Shown: one piece after another, positions 18,936 to 28,178 of the stretch
Position numbering within the stretch: position 1 is the first letter of the stretch
Layout: each line of letters opens with the position of its first letter
Source of the DNA: a virus
Lineage: Duplodnaviria > Heunggongvirae > Uroviricota > Caudoviricetes
Virus record (IMG/VR): IMGVR_UViG_2585427777_000008
Location: 1 to 63,513 of that record
DNA: 63,513 nucleotides
Strand: one strand, 5' to 3'
Translations under genes and position numbers: made by a program
Notes under the pieces: generated by a model
Database searches by the model: none
What the model was told of the DNA's origin: nothing
What the model saw: only the letters and a program-made list of their open reading frames with translations

Positions 18936-19931
18936 TCAGTTATTAAACGTGATTACTCCGCGCTCGATGGCGAAGTCAAAAAGCTGGTTAGCGGCTACAT
19001 AAAGGCGTATGCCATGTGCTTTTTCCCATGCCCGGACATCGTGTTCTGCGCTTCTGGCGCAGTCATCGCAAAGAGGAACAGCCCAGCGGTCGTGTTCGTT
19101 TAACGAGCGGGCGCGGTACATGAACGGGTGTTTAACTTTGCCACCGCATCCGATGCACGGACGAGAAACCACAAACCGGAGATAAGCTGGGCTTTTACCG
19201 AGGACCGCTTTTGGTCGGCGCATATAAAGCAGGCCGGAATCCTCATCTACAGACAGGTTGACGATCTGCTCTGCGGTTATGTCCACCAGCTCGCGGGTAC
19301 TGTGCTCCCAGGTGATATCTGATTCTTTCAGCGTACCGGTAGGGATTTCAGTTTTTGGCTGACAAAATGCAATGCGCCCGGCTTCATCTGGCAGCTCATC
19401 TTTCAGATTCCGGCGAATGGCCCAAAAAGTGAGTTCAACCATGCTCAGATCGCGTTCTGGCGGTAGTTTTAACTCGCTCGCAGCCCAGTTCATAACCCAG
19501 TTGGCGCGATTCAGGGATAACTGGTCGTCCAGCTTGCTGTACCCCTTCATCATGTATTCCGCATCATGCTTCCAGCACAGGCGAACGGCAGAGCCGTTAT
19601 AGAAATGAGTGGTTAGCTGGTGGCTGCAATCGCGCTTATCGTGCGCCTGGCAATCGTGGATATTGGAACTTACCCAATGAACAAGCGAATCTTCACCGCC
19701 TAACGCGTTAAATACGCGCTCGCTTTGAAAAAATGGTTTCAGCGACTGGTTGGCAACCAGCGAATAATTCAGATCCACTACGCCATCTGGAGTGTTTTCA
19801 GCCTGTTCTCGCGGAAGTGGTGAGATAATGAAACGGCGACCTGCGCCGATGTAGTTGCTGGTGGGCTTGTCTACCGGAAAGACAGCCACACCAGTTTCAT
19901 TTACGACATATGGGGTGATTATTGCACTCAT
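18936..19931 (-). CDS. hypothetical protein with DUF968-like Cys cluster
   Basis: 331 aa; first gene of the leftward operon; C-terminal CIGCGG...CDDC pattern. Confidence 0.5.
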   Translation of the reverse strand: MSAIITPYVVNETGVAVFPVDKPTSNYIGAGRRFIISPLPREQAENTPDGVVDLNYSLVANQSLKPFFQSERVFNALGGEDSLVHWVSSNIHDCQAHDKRDCSHQLTTHFYNGSAVRLCWKHDAEYMMKGYSKLDDQLSLNRANWVMNWAASELKLPPERDLSMVELTFWAIRRNLKDELPDEAGRIAFCQPKTEIPTGTLKESDITWEHSTRELVDITAEQIVNLSVDEDSGLLYMRRPKAVLGKSPAYLRFVVSRPCIGCGGKVKHPFMYRARSLNEHDRWAVPLCDDCARSAEHDVRAWEKAHGIRLYVAANQLFDFAIERGVITFNN

Positions 19932-19973
19932 AATGCATACCGACTCTGTTTTGTTCCGAGTGGTAAAATAATA

Positions 19974-20003
19974 TGTTAGAAAACTAAAATCAATGTTCTA
20001 ACG
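19974..20003. promoter_or_regulatory. operator-like inverted pair TGTTAGAAAA-N12-TTCTAACG
   Basis: Lies between the phosphatase stop and the start of the 18936..19931 gene, at the head of the leftward operon. Confidence 0.4.
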
Positions 20004-20028
20004 CATTTTGAGTGCGTAAATGATTTGA

Positions 20029-20721
20029 TCAGACTTTAAGCTGCCATCCCTTCACCTGCATTAGCGTCAGATTTCCACAAAAAACCGCGCCCGTGTCTAT
20101 GTAATGCTGATTCCAGTATGCTTTTGGTCTTCGTACCGGTGTGTGCCCAAAGATAAAGCGATCTGCGCCTGTGATTTCTCCACCAATGCCATCTATCGAA
20201 TCACCGACGCGACTGCGCGACCAGACAACATCAAAAAGCGATACATCCTTACCGAACTGGTACTCTCCACCTGGATAGTCGGCATGGGCTATAACGATAG
20301 TTTCATGTCCGGTGTTCAACTCAATGATATATGGCAGACGCTTTACCAGCTCCACCAGCGCCTTGGCTAATATTTCCTGATCAGTGTCCAGCATGAAGAA
20401 CCATTGTCCGCCATTCATTAGCCAGTTATTCACGTTGCCATCTGGACTTAACGCATCAAGCATCAACCGCTCATGGTTCCCCATTACTGCCTTGAACCAG
20501 GGCATCTGCAATAGTTCCAGACATTCGACATTTTCAGTACCGCGATCGATAAGGTCGCCAACCGATATCAGTAAATCCTGCGCCGGGTCAAAATCCACAC
20601 GATGGAGTTCGGACATCAGTCTGGTGTAGCAACCATGCAGATCACCAACTACCCATATGTTTCTGTAGCCAGAACCATCAATACGGCTATATAAATTCAC
20701 TTCATGCATAGCTTGGATCAT
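20029..20721 (-). CDS. Ser/Thr protein phosphatase, lambda PPase-like
   Basis: Start placed at the ATG overlapping the upstream stop (ATGA). Metallophosphatase motifs GDLHGC, GDLIDRG, GNHE; colinear with lambda-type phosphatases. Confidence 0.85.
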   Translation of the reverse strand: MIQAMHEVNLYSRIDGSGYRNIWVVGDLHGCYTRLMSELHRVDFDPAQDLLISVGDLIDRGTENVECLELLQMPWFKAVMGNHERLMLDALSPDGNVNNWLMNGGQWFFMLDTDQEILAKALVELVKRLPYIIELNTGHETIVIAHADYPGGEYQFGKDVSLFDVVWSRSRVGDSIDGIGGEITGADRFIFGHTPVRRPKAYWNQHYIDTGAVFCGNLTLMQVKGWQLKV

Positions 20722-21029
20722 GCGGCAACCTTCTCCCGCAGCCAGATACAAACTGGACCATCTTCAGTGTCATGAATAGAGCCAACAAACCAGCCTTCAC
20801 CCTCTGGTCGCTCCGGTTCCCAGGCGGCAATATCGGGACCAGCTGCGTCCAGATCAAAATCATCTTCATCCATACTGCGAATAGTCCACTGAAGATTATT
20901 TTCCTTCATCCAGGCGTCAAATTCCTCAGTGGAAATATATTCACGACCTGCGCAAAACTTCTCATACTCCGGATGTGTCCAGCAGCCATATTCATCACGT
21001 TCTACCGGCATTTCTTTAATTGTGTTCAC
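20718..21029 (-). CDS. hypothetical acidic protein
   Basis: 103-aa ORF, translationally coupled. Confidence 0.45.
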   Translation of the reverse strand: MNTIKEMPVERDEYGCWTHPEYEKFCAGREYISTEEFDAWMKENNLQWTIRSMDEDDFDLDAAGPDIAAWEPERPEGEGWFVGSIHDTEDGPVCIWLREKVAA

Positions 21030-21250
21030 TCTTCATCCTCCAAATCAGCAATCGCGTCCATCACATCAGAACCGCGAATAACTTCAAAAGCGCGACAGGC
21101 CATTTGAAATACCCGTTGCTCTTGCGGGTGCGGAGACTCCCAATATTTGAAGCCTGGGCGATGCGTGTACCCCATCATGGAATAAAAATCGCCAGCAAGT
21201 TCAATCGCGGCATCAACAAGTTCGCGATTAGTCATTCGCTTTGCTGCCAT
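21026..21250 (-). CDS. hypothetical protein
   Basis: 74-aa ORF, coupled. Confidence 0.4.
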   Translation of the reverse strand: MAAKRMTNRELVDAAIELAGDFYSMMGYTHRPGFKYWESPHPQEQRVFQMACRAFEVIRGSDVMDAIADLEDEE

Positions 21251-21521
21251 TTGCTTTCTCCTGTCGGAACATCACGATCATCAGGTCATCTTTTGTTGCT
21301 ACCCTGGCTGTTGTGCCAGGCTCAATGCGGCTAAGTTCAAAGGCGTCATAGAACGCCTCTAACGCTTTCTGGCGTATCTCCTGTTTGCGGCGCTTTCCCC
21401 ACTGCTTTAGAAAAACAGAGGCCGCCCACTTCCCCGCACTGAACATGATGTAAAACCAACCGAGCAGGGCCAAACCTGTGTTGAGGGCCGTATCGATCGT
21501 TATCGTGGTGTCGATATTCAC
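21228..21521 (-). CDS. putative small membrane protein
   Basis: 97 aa with a hydrophobic N-terminal segment. Confidence 0.4.
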   Translation of the reverse strand: MNIDTTITIDTALNTGLALLGWFYIMFSAGKWAASVFLKQWGKRRKQEIRQKALEAFYDAFELSRIEPGTTARVATKDDLMIVMFRQEKANGSKAND

Positions 21522-21766
21522 TGTGGTGGCTCCTGCTTTTCTGCCTTTAATACCATGCGCGAACCATCATCCAGCTCCCAATTAATTTCACCGCCTTCTG
21601 CCATGACCAGATGCCAGACGAGTTGAGCGGCCTCGTTGGTTACATCACGACCGCGATCATTGCCAACACGACGTTTTGTTCCATCCCCTAAGTCACGCAT
21701 TTTTGCCAACACGATGGTTTTTGATAGCGGTGAAAAACCAAGCTGTAGTCGTGCGGAATTACTCAC
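21518..21766 (-). CDS. hypothetical protein
   Basis: 82-aa ORF, coupled. Confidence 0.4.
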   Translation of the reverse strand: MSNSARLQLGFSPLSKTIVLAKMRDLGDGTKRRVGNDRGRDVTNEAAQLVWHLVMAEGGEINWELDDGSRMVLKAEKQEPPQ

Positions 21767-22272
21767 TGTTTGCCTCCTTTTCCAAGCTGGGCGGCGATAT
21801 CTTCGAGAACGCCATCAGAGAATGAGCGGTCAAAATCGCCTTCCGGCGCATTAGCCATAAACTCAGTAGAGGTAAGAATCATCCGGGCAATATCCGCGGC
21901 GTTCTTCGCAGTATCATCAATAAAACCAGCTACCCAGGCAGCCAGCATTCTGTTCGCCACAAAGTAAGCGCCCTCCTTGCGTGCTTCAGTCTTCACTTCA
22001 TCCAGGAAAGTGTCGGTCGCAGGAGTAGTTTTTTGTGGTGATAGGGCGATACGAATTGTTTCAAGAGCTGGATCTATTTCCACTGTTGGCACCTTGATAA
22101 AACCAAGCTGCACACCATTCATAATGAACGTGCGGCGATCCTCACATATCGCCTTCAGTCTCGCATTCTCCGCAGCCAGCGCCGCGCGCTCTTTCTCAAG
22201 TCGGGAAATTTCCGTTACATACTCAGCGTTACGCTCTGCCAGTTGTGCGGGCGTTAAACCTTCAGACTTCAT
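21763..22272 (-). CDS. Ea22-like C-terminal-domain paralog
   Basis: 169 aa; C-terminal TPATDTFLDEVKTEARKEG...AAQLGKGGKQ closely parallels the C-terminus of the 17948..18652 product. Confidence 0.5.
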   Translation of the reverse strand: MKSEGLTPAQLAERNAEYVTEISRLEKERAALAAENARLKAICEDRRTFIMNGVQLGFIKVPTVEIDPALETIRIALSPQKTTPATDTFLDEVKTEARKEGAYFVANRMLAAWVAGFIDDTAKNAADIARMILTSTEFMANAPEGDFDRSFSDGVLEDIAAQLGKGGKQ

Positions 22273-22579
22273 GCACTCTCCTTTCGAAATAAACGTACTG
22301 ATTAATCATTCCCAGGGGCATTTCGAGTTTTTCTGCGATCTCACGGCGGGGAACACCACACTGATGAAGCTGCCGCGCCAGTTCTATATCGCTCTGCCGG
22401 TATTTGGCTGACTGGTGAAAGTCTCCTTTCAGAATCATGCTGATCCGCAGCTCCCGCGCTTTGGTCCTGACGGCATCACCGGTACGACCGATCAGCTTCC
22501 CAATACTCTCTACCGTCATAGTTCCGGCGCACTGGCGGAGTATCATGATTTCTGCCCTTCCCCATCCCCGCCAGCTCAC
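22262..22579 (-). CDS. putative HTH DNA-binding protein
   Basis: 105 aa with two HTH-like segments. Confidence 0.4.
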   Translation of the reverse strand: MSWRGWGRAEIMILRQCAGTMTVESIGKLIGRTGDAVRTKARELRISMILKGDFHQSAKYRQSDIELARQLHQCGVPRREIAEKLEMPLGMINQYVYFERRVHEV

Positions 22580-23226
22580 GCCGACATCCTCTGAGACATA
22601 AACTCCACAAAACGAACTGCATCTTCAGAAACAACGCCGCATGACTTCAGATAATTCATTGCGTCATTAGGTAGCGGATTAGTTGGTTCGGCATTTGCCA
22701 GGGATTGAGATAAACGCGTGATTAATTTGACCATTCTCCGCTGCCGGAGGTTGTATCCTTCAGCTAAAGACAGGTAACTGGAAAGGGTATTGCTTAAGCG
22801 GGCGCGAAGCTGATCCGTGCCGTGACATTCAATAGCAACATCACGTAACGCATCGACCAGTTCACGGTAAAGATGCGCTGCCATTCTGCAATCTGTGTCA
22901 GATGGTGCTTCATAAATTACCGTCAACCCCAGTTTTTCAGCCAGAGCGTGTTCTGCACGTGCTCCTGCGGACACATCCCATCCCTTAAGCAGATAGATCG
23001 CATCAGCAGAACGCACCATTGCCAGGCAAATATCCATGTATTCACTCTGACAAAGGCCACCAGGTAACACAGCTGGATTCAGAACGATATGCCCTTCAGC
23101 CATCAGCTCGCTCGCTTTCGCATTAAACGCCGCACGGTTGTAATCTGGATAACCAGTCATCGGCCCCGCGATGTAAATTTTCAAAACACGTTTCACCATC
23201 AAAATTTCCCCAAAATCGTGACGCAA
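22576..23226 (-). CDS. DUF4406-like (nucleoside 2-deoxyribosyltransferase-like fold) protein with C-terminal extension
   Basis: 216 aa; KIYIAGPMTG near the N-terminus matches the signature of that family; about 95 extra C-terminal residues. Confidence 0.45.
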   Translation of the reverse strand: MRHDFGEILMVKRVLKIYIAGPMTGYPDYNRAAFNAKASELMAEGHIVLNPAVLPGGLCQSEYMDICLAMVRSADAIYLLKGWDVSAGARAEHALAEKLGLTVIYEAPSDTDCRMAAHLYRELVDALRDVAIECHGTDQLRARLSNTLSSYLSLAEGYNLRQRRMVKLITRLSQSLANAEPTNPLPNDAMNYLKSCGVVSEDAVRFVEFMSQRMSA

Positions 23227-23391
23227 AACATAAGCACTGCGAAAAGCTCAATACCAAGCTCAAGTAGCGCCAACGCCCCGAAAAACAACACATAGAACAG
23301 GCCAATTTCATTCACAGATGGCTGGTGGATCGCACTTAAAGCTATAAGCATCATGTCCTCCAAACAGTTATCAGGAATGATATTAATGTTT

Positions 23392-23423
23392 TGTGTTAGA
23401 AAATCAATTTTGAATATCTAACA
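23392..23423. promoter_or_regulatory. operator-like inverted pair TGTGTTAGAAAA-N13-TCTAACA in a divergent promoter region
   Basis: Between the divergently transcribed 22576..23226 gene and the ref-like gene. Confidence 0.45.
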
Positions 23424-23471
23424 GTTTTGATCAATCATAGAAAAATCGTTGAAAAGTAAGAGACTGCCATC

Positions 23472-24050
23472 ATGCAGAAACAGAGTTATTGGGAGAAACA
23501 GAGACAAAAAGCCATGCAAAAATTGGCTGACCCGGCCTGGCGAGAGGAACAAAGGGCAAAGCGCCTTCAACAAGCTCAACGCCAGCAGCAGCGAGCGAGA
23601 GAAAAAGCCGCATCGCCTGAATATCGGCAAAAGAAAATTGAAAAAGCAAAGCAATATGAACAGCGGAGAAAAGATAAAGCTGTATCCGCTCCGTCCAAAA
23701 AAACACGCACGTCACGCGGCCTGAAGGGCAGATCACTCACAGCTGATGAACGCCGGATACAGACCGCTATCGGTACTCTCCCCTGCATTGCCTGCCATAT
23801 TCACGGACAACATAGCCCAGTAGTATCCCTGCACCATATCTTCGGGAGAACGGCAGAGAACGCGCATAAATATGTCCTCCCTTTGTGTAAATGGCACCAC
23901 CAGTACGCAGCGCCAGCCGAGGTCCGAGAACAATATCCCTGGCTGGTCCCTGTTCATGCTGATGGAAAAATAGGCGGAAAAGCAGATTTCATACGGCACA
24001 ATGCCGATGAAATGGCGTTGTATCAGATGGCGATTGAATTGATAAATTAG
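23472..24050 (+). CDS. ref: Ref-like HNH endonuclease (recombination enhancement function-like)
   Basis: 192 aa; highly charged Lys/Arg/Gln-rich N-terminal half and C-terminal HNH-like Cys/His cluster (CIACHIHGQH...CKWHH). Operator-like motif upstream, as for P1 ref. Confidence 0.6.
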   Translation: MQKQSYWEKQRQKAMQKLADPAWREEQRAKRLQQAQRQQQRAREKAASPEYRQKKIEKAKQYEQRRKDKAVSAPSKKTRTSRGLKGRSLTADERRIQTAIGTLPCIACHIHGQHSPVVSLHHIFGRTAENAHKYVLPLCKWHHQYAAPAEVREQYPWLVPVHADGKIGGKADFIRHNADEMALYQMAIELIN

Positions 24051-24060
24051 TTTTCTAACA
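24051..24060. promoter_or_regulatory. operator-like motif TTTTCTAACA at the head of the immI-like region
   Basis: Directly after the ref-like stop, upstream of the candidate immunity RNA region. Confidence 0.4.
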
Positions 24061-24381
24061 TTTTAAGTTGAATTGTAAATTTCTCCGATGTACATTCACT
24101 ACCGATTGGCACACCGGTCAACTTTTTGAGACAAACTATTTAGTTTTTCGTATGATTGCCGCCGCCATACCAATGGCGGTGCAATATAGGTGGCTGAAAA
24201 GCCCCCGTTGACTCACGGTGTTCCAGCCTTTATTGCGCCGCCACCAGACCGTGGAACAGTCGATGGCGGCTCCGAAAGCAAGGAGTCACTACACTATGAA
24301 CAACTACAGTCTTTTCCCATCACTCGTCGTCCACCACTCACGCGATAATCTGCATTCTTTACTCGCGCCGGGGGTGTCAAA

Positions 24382-24549
24382 ATGACTGTTCGCTACCTCA
24401 ACTTTCAAATCAAGAACATTACTGGCGGTTGCTATGACTGGTTTGTCACTCTCGGAAAAGAAGTGATCACCGGGAAGCTGGATGAAGTGAAAGCTAAAGC
24501 AATGGCCTACGCCTGCAAGCAAGCCCGGAAGAAATCCGCCAAAGCATAA
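24382..24549 (+). CDS. possible small protein (55 aa)
   Basis: ATG 24382 to TAA 24547-24549, translation MTVRYLNFQIKNITGGCYDWFVTLGKEVITGKLDEVKAKAMAYACKQARKKSAKA. Preferred over the overlapping minus-strand ORF 24304..24522, but weak. Confidence 0.25.
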   Translation: MTVRYLNFQIKNITGGCYDWFVTLGKEVITGKLDEVKAKAMAYACKQARKKSAKA

Positions 24550-24643
24550 AATACTGACTGTTGCGCCCTGGCATTATCGTGGGGTATATTTCTACGGCAC
24601 CTTAGAAAAACGGGTGCCGGGATTGGAACCCCGGATAATGTCA

Positions 24644-24667
24644 AAGGCGACACAGACGCCGAAAGCG
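24644..24667 (+). terminator. rho-independent terminator
   Basis: AGACGC-CGAAA-GCGTCT hairpin followed by seven T residues. Confidence 0.65.
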
Positions 24668-24689
24668 TCTTTTTTTGTGTCACGCCATC

Positions 24690-24830
24690 GCACAGCCATA
24701 CGTAGCGTTTAGCTCAGAGATCAATGGTAGTGCTGGCTGGGCTGCCGAAAGGCAGGCCGGTTCCCTTTGACGCCGGTAGTTCCAACCCAGTCAGTGCTAC
24801 CGCCATTGAGATTGGAACCTCACGCGGTAG
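24690..24830 (+). ncRNA. candidate c4-like antisense immunity RNA (boundaries approximate)
   Basis: Structured non-coding stretch with a tRNA-like 5' part (GCGTTTAGCTCAG...) and a GNRA hairpin (CTGCC-GAAA-GGCAG). CCTTTGAC at 24755-24762 is complementary to GTCAAAGG at 24843-24850, which overlaps the Shine-Dalgarno of the icd-like ORF, and to an upstream copy at 24630-24637. Confidence 0.35.
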
Positions 24831-24861
24831 CTCCTTAACTTAGTCAAAGGAGGCTGCCAAT

Positions 24862-25077
24862 ATGGCTACTATCCCTACCCCAACTCATTCTGAATTTATC
24901 TGGCGTTTCTATTCCTGCCAAAAACACCTGTATATCTGCGTCATGGCTGCTACCGAAGCAGAGGCGCGCTCATACCTTCCCGAAGAACCCTGCATTTTTG
25001 CTGCTCGCTTCACTCTTGATGCGATGGAGATCCTCAATTACTGGAATCTGCCGATGAACTGCGTGGAGGTACACTGA
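24862..25077 (+). CDS. Icd-like small protein (by position)
   Basis: 71-aa ORF whose RBS is the candidate antisense target; its stop overlaps the antirepressor start (ATGA at 25074-25077). Confidence 0.4.
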   Translation: MATIPTPTHSEFIWRFYSCQKHLYICVMAATEAEARSYLPEEPCIFAARFTLDAMEILNYWNLPMNCVEVH

Positions 25078-26003
25078 TGAATCTGTCCATCTCTCAAAAA
25101 GCGACAATGACAAGTATTGAGATCGCGGAGCTGGTGGGTAAGCGTCCTGACAACGTTAAACGCACCATTGAACACCTGGCGGAACGGGGCGTAATAACTT
25201 TTCCTCAAATTGAGGAAAAGCCCACCGCAGGCCGCCCGGCGAGCTATTACGTCTTCGAAGGCGAACAAGGCAAGCGCGATAGTATTATCGTCGTCGCGCA
25301 GCTCTCTCCCGAATTCACCGCCCGGCTGGTGGACCGCTGGCGCGAACTGGAGAGTGCCAGGGGACCGTTAAAATCAAAAGCCGAAATTCTGGCTGAAATG
25401 GCGCAAATGCATCTTGAGCATGAACGCCGGATCAACGCCGTAAATGCCCAGGTAGCCGAGGTATCGGCACAAGTATCGATGGTCGCTGAAACACTCGAGC
25501 AAATAAAGAAAGGCAATATTCCGGAAGGCTACATTGGCTACCGCCAGCTGGCGGCGAAATGTGGCCTGACTGAAGCCAAATGTCGCAACCTGGTTAACGC
25601 TTACCGGATTCCAACCGATACGCATGAGTTTTTAACGCCAGATGGTTTGCTTGCCCGACGCTCCATTGTGGCCTTAGCCCCCTTCCGGAAAGCCTTCAAG
25701 CAGGTTATGTCGGAGGCAGAACCACGCAACAAACGCTGGTATCATCCGAAGATGGGGCTGTTTCAGGCAATCCATCATCCTTTACCGGAAATCCCAAAAG
25801 ATAATCTGTCACTGCATACCGCCAGAGAGAAGATCAGAAGTGGATATGCAACGGTATGCCGTCGCGCCTCATGGTCTGAAGGTGTATGGGTATGGCCCGA
25901 AGGCGGATCAAGGAAGCACTGGCGCACTATCCGGGATGGGAAAATCCATGCTATTGATTTAGCGCCAGAGGATATGGTTGCTATGGACTGGATTGTTAGT
26001 TAA
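25077..26003 (+). CDS. ant: antirepressor-like protein (Ant/Rha-type N-terminal domain)
   Basis: 308 aa; N-terminal MTSIEIAELVGKRPDNVKRTIEHL resembles phage regulatory/antirepressor N-terminal domains; coupled to the icd-like ORF. Confidence 0.55.
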   Translation: MNLSISQKATMTSIEIAELVGKRPDNVKRTIEHLAERGVITFPQIEEKPTAGRPASYYVFEGEQGKRDSIIVVAQLSPEFTARLVDRWRELESARGPLKSKAEILAEMAQMHLEHERRINAVNAQVAEVSAQVSMVAETLEQIKKGNIPEGYIGYRQLAAKCGLTEAKCRNLVNAYRIPTDTHEFLTPDGLLARRSIVALAPFRKAFKQVMSEAEPRNKRWYHPKMGLFQAIHHPLPEIPKDNLSLHTAREKIRSGYATVCRRASWSEGVWVWPEGGSRKHWRTIRDGKIHAIDLAPEDMVAMDWIVS

Positions 26004-26011
26004 TTACTGTT

Positions 26012-26038
26012 GCCCCGGCCAGGTCGGGGCTTTAATTT
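26012..26038 (+). terminator. rho-independent terminator after the antirepressor gene
   Basis: GCCCCG-GCCAGGT-CGGGGC hairpin followed by TTTAATTT. Confidence 0.55.
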
Positions 26039-26039
26039 A

Positions 26040-26915
26040 CTAGTCCTGCTGACAATTCAGGAACATAAACGCACGTTTGTCCGTTAAATCCGTAACATAA
26101 TATTCACGAATACCATTCGGTTTTATGCGGCGAGCATACACAAACTTATGAACTGGCTGGTCGCTGCCATAACTAACCTCAGTGCGAAATTCATCGACCG
26201 TGCTACCATCCTTTTCTGTCTCTTTGCGTATCAGCTTATTGTTCAGAACTGGTTGAGTCTCATCCATTCCGCTAAATGCATCTTGCCCGGTACTATTACC
26301 CCGGTTGCCACGTGGTAAATCCCACGAGAAATAAGTCCCATAGTCTGTAATTACCTGATCCCACGCCCCGGCTTCATCCATATAATGACTACGCTTCCCT
26401 TGGTATGTTACGTCAACCTTACAGGAAAACGTTGGCGCGCTATTACTTGCAGCAGAGGCCGTTGAAGATTGTGTAACACTGCCATTGTTGGCATTTCCAT
26501 AGTTCCAGCCATCATGCAACGCTTTAACCCACAGATTAGTCAGGGATAGCGTAACATCATTCCCCAGCGCCTGGCTGATTCGAAGCCTCTGTATCCGACG
26601 CAACCCATACTCATAGGCTTCATCGTCATTAATCACTCGCCCACGTTGAGCGGCTACCACCCCAGATTGCCACGCACGATTAATTTCACGAATAAGATAT
26701 ACTTGTGGATCAACTCCGTATCTGTTGTATTCATAGTAAAGGCTCATTGCGCCATGTTGGCTCTGGTATTCATTAGCCCATGATATAACCGCGTTTCTTC
26801 CATAATCCGCGAGCGCAGAATGACTTGACAGAAGAAGAGCAACGCCAACAGTCTTCAGTAATTTGAATCGGAATAACTTTTTAATAATACGATTGGGAAA
26901 TATGTTTTTGCTCAC
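26040..26915 (-). CDS. secreted protein of unknown function (moron-like)
   Basis: 291 aa; basic N-terminus, hydrophobic core and ALA cleavage-like site (LLLSSHSALA-DYG). Opposite strand to both neighbours, with AT-rich flanks. Confidence 0.6.
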   Translation of the reverse strand: MSKNIFPNRIIKKLFRFKLLKTVGVALLLSSHSALADYGRNAVISWANEYQSQHGAMSLYYEYNRYGVDPQVYLIREINRAWQSGVVAAQRGRVINDDEAYEYGLRRIQRLRISQALGNDVTLSLTNLWVKALHDGWNYGNANNGSVTQSSTASAASNSAPTFSCKVDVTYQGKRSHYMDEAGAWDQVITDYGTYFSWDLPRGNRGNSTGQDAFSGMDETQPVLNNKLIRKETEKDGSTVDEFRTEVSYGSDQPVHKFVYARRIKPNGIREYYVTDLTDKRAFMFLNCQQD

Positions 26916-27143
26916 TTTTCAACCTTTCACCACAAATCAAGACCAACAACCCAATAATAATAACTAACCACTCTGTTTTTTTGATAAGCACCAAATCGTT
27001 TACAAAAAAAATAGCAAATGACTATTGACACTATTCTGGAAATCACAAACTGCACATAATCCATCGCGCTAACGGCTCCCGTTGAAGGTTCTTTTGACGA
27101 TTAACTTTCAGCCGAAGCGCGGTAGGGAGTCATAACGCCAAAG

Positions 27144-27167
27144 CAGGCCGCCATGTGCGGCCTTTTT
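27144..27167 (+). terminator. rho-independent terminator or attenuator upstream of the 27197 gene
   Basis: GGCCGC-CATGT-GCGGCC hairpin followed by TTTTTTT. Confidence 0.5.
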
Positions 27168-27196
27168 TTGTATCCGTCATCCGTGGAGGAAGGACA

Positions 27197-27850
27197 ATGG
27201 AAAAGATCGCAATATTCAGCCTGACCACCAGCAAGCCTCAAATGCTCACTGCAATACTGAAAGACGGTGCTCTCATTATTAACGAAGTAAAACCCCTTCC
27301 CGCGTCAGCATTGGAACAAAAGCAAAAAATTCCTCCAGCTATAGCAGCCCTGCGGAAAAGCAAATTTAAGGTGCTGGTTGACGAAATTACGCCAACGATC
27401 TCCGCTGGCACCGGAGCAAGCCAGGTAACACTCAAGACACGTCATGCCGACGGCAGAGCTGCGATCATCGTAGGGATGGAAAGATACAGAGAGCTAAAAC
27501 TCCAGAAGCTATTATCCCTGCCGCAAAATAACAAAGGTGCTTTCGAAATCCCCGACTCCATCGTTGACACCGAATACAACGGTAACGGAGAAGAAGTCTA
27601 CAGGGTGAACTGGCAGGATATCAGGCCGGAGCATATTCTGATGATCCTGTGTTGCTACGCGACCGTATACCACAACGTTGCCAGTGCAGATTACGTAGAG
27701 CAGATGACCGGCACAGTCGAGAAAGAGCAAAAAACAGGCATACTCGCTTCGTTCCTGTCCATTATTGGGCATGAAAAAGTTGAAGCAGGCACCTCCCAGC
27801 CAAAGTCACTGGCTGGGAAAGAAGTTGATGAAGATACCGTGATACTTTGA
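27197..27850 (+). CDS. hypothetical protein
   Basis: Start taken at MEKIAIF (RBS GGAGGAAGG) rather than the overlapping upstream ATG; 217 aa. Confidence 0.5.
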   Translation: MEKIAIFSLTTSKPQMLTAILKDGALIINEVKPLPASALEQKQKIPPAIAALRKSKFKVLVDEITPTISAGTGASQVTLKTRHADGRAAIIVGMERYRELKLQKLLSLPQNNKGAFEIPDSIVDTEYNGNGEEVYRVNWQDIRPEHILMILCCYATVYHNVASADYVEQMTGTVEKEQKTGILASFLSIIGHEKVEAGTSQPKSLAGKEVDEDTVIL

Positions 27851-28178
27851 TCACATTAGTAGCTTTGTTAACTCCCTCAATACCAGGTAGAAGAGTAACA
27901 AAAATATTGACGCCAGTATTTGAGTGGACAATGAAGCGTTCATAAACAGATCAATTAGCATTAATAATTCGAAGATAACATCCATGTCATTCACTCCGTT
28001 TAATTTTTAATCTAATGCCAGCAAATGAAGCTGGCCCCCGCATAAAGATTAATGAAAGTCACTTGTCACCAGTGAGGGGATTTATGAACCACATCCCCCT
28101 GAACTGGTGGCCAGTCTGTTTCTCGCATTTCACACCCTGCATACAGTTTCCACCAGGTTATGACTGAGAGGCTTTGTT

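Noticed and set aside
24304-24522. Minus-strand 72-aa ORF in the ref to immI intergenic region
   Set aside because: Its translation is not protein-like and it overlaps a plus-strand small ORF and structured RNA elements that better explain the region.
27851-28178. Possible small RNA or regulatory hairpins in the gap before the 28179 gene (GCCAGC...GCTGGC and CACCAGTGAGGGGA...TCCCCCTGAACTGGTG)
   Set aside because: Stems are imperfect and lack a terminator-type T-run; kept only as a note for RNA-seq follow-up.
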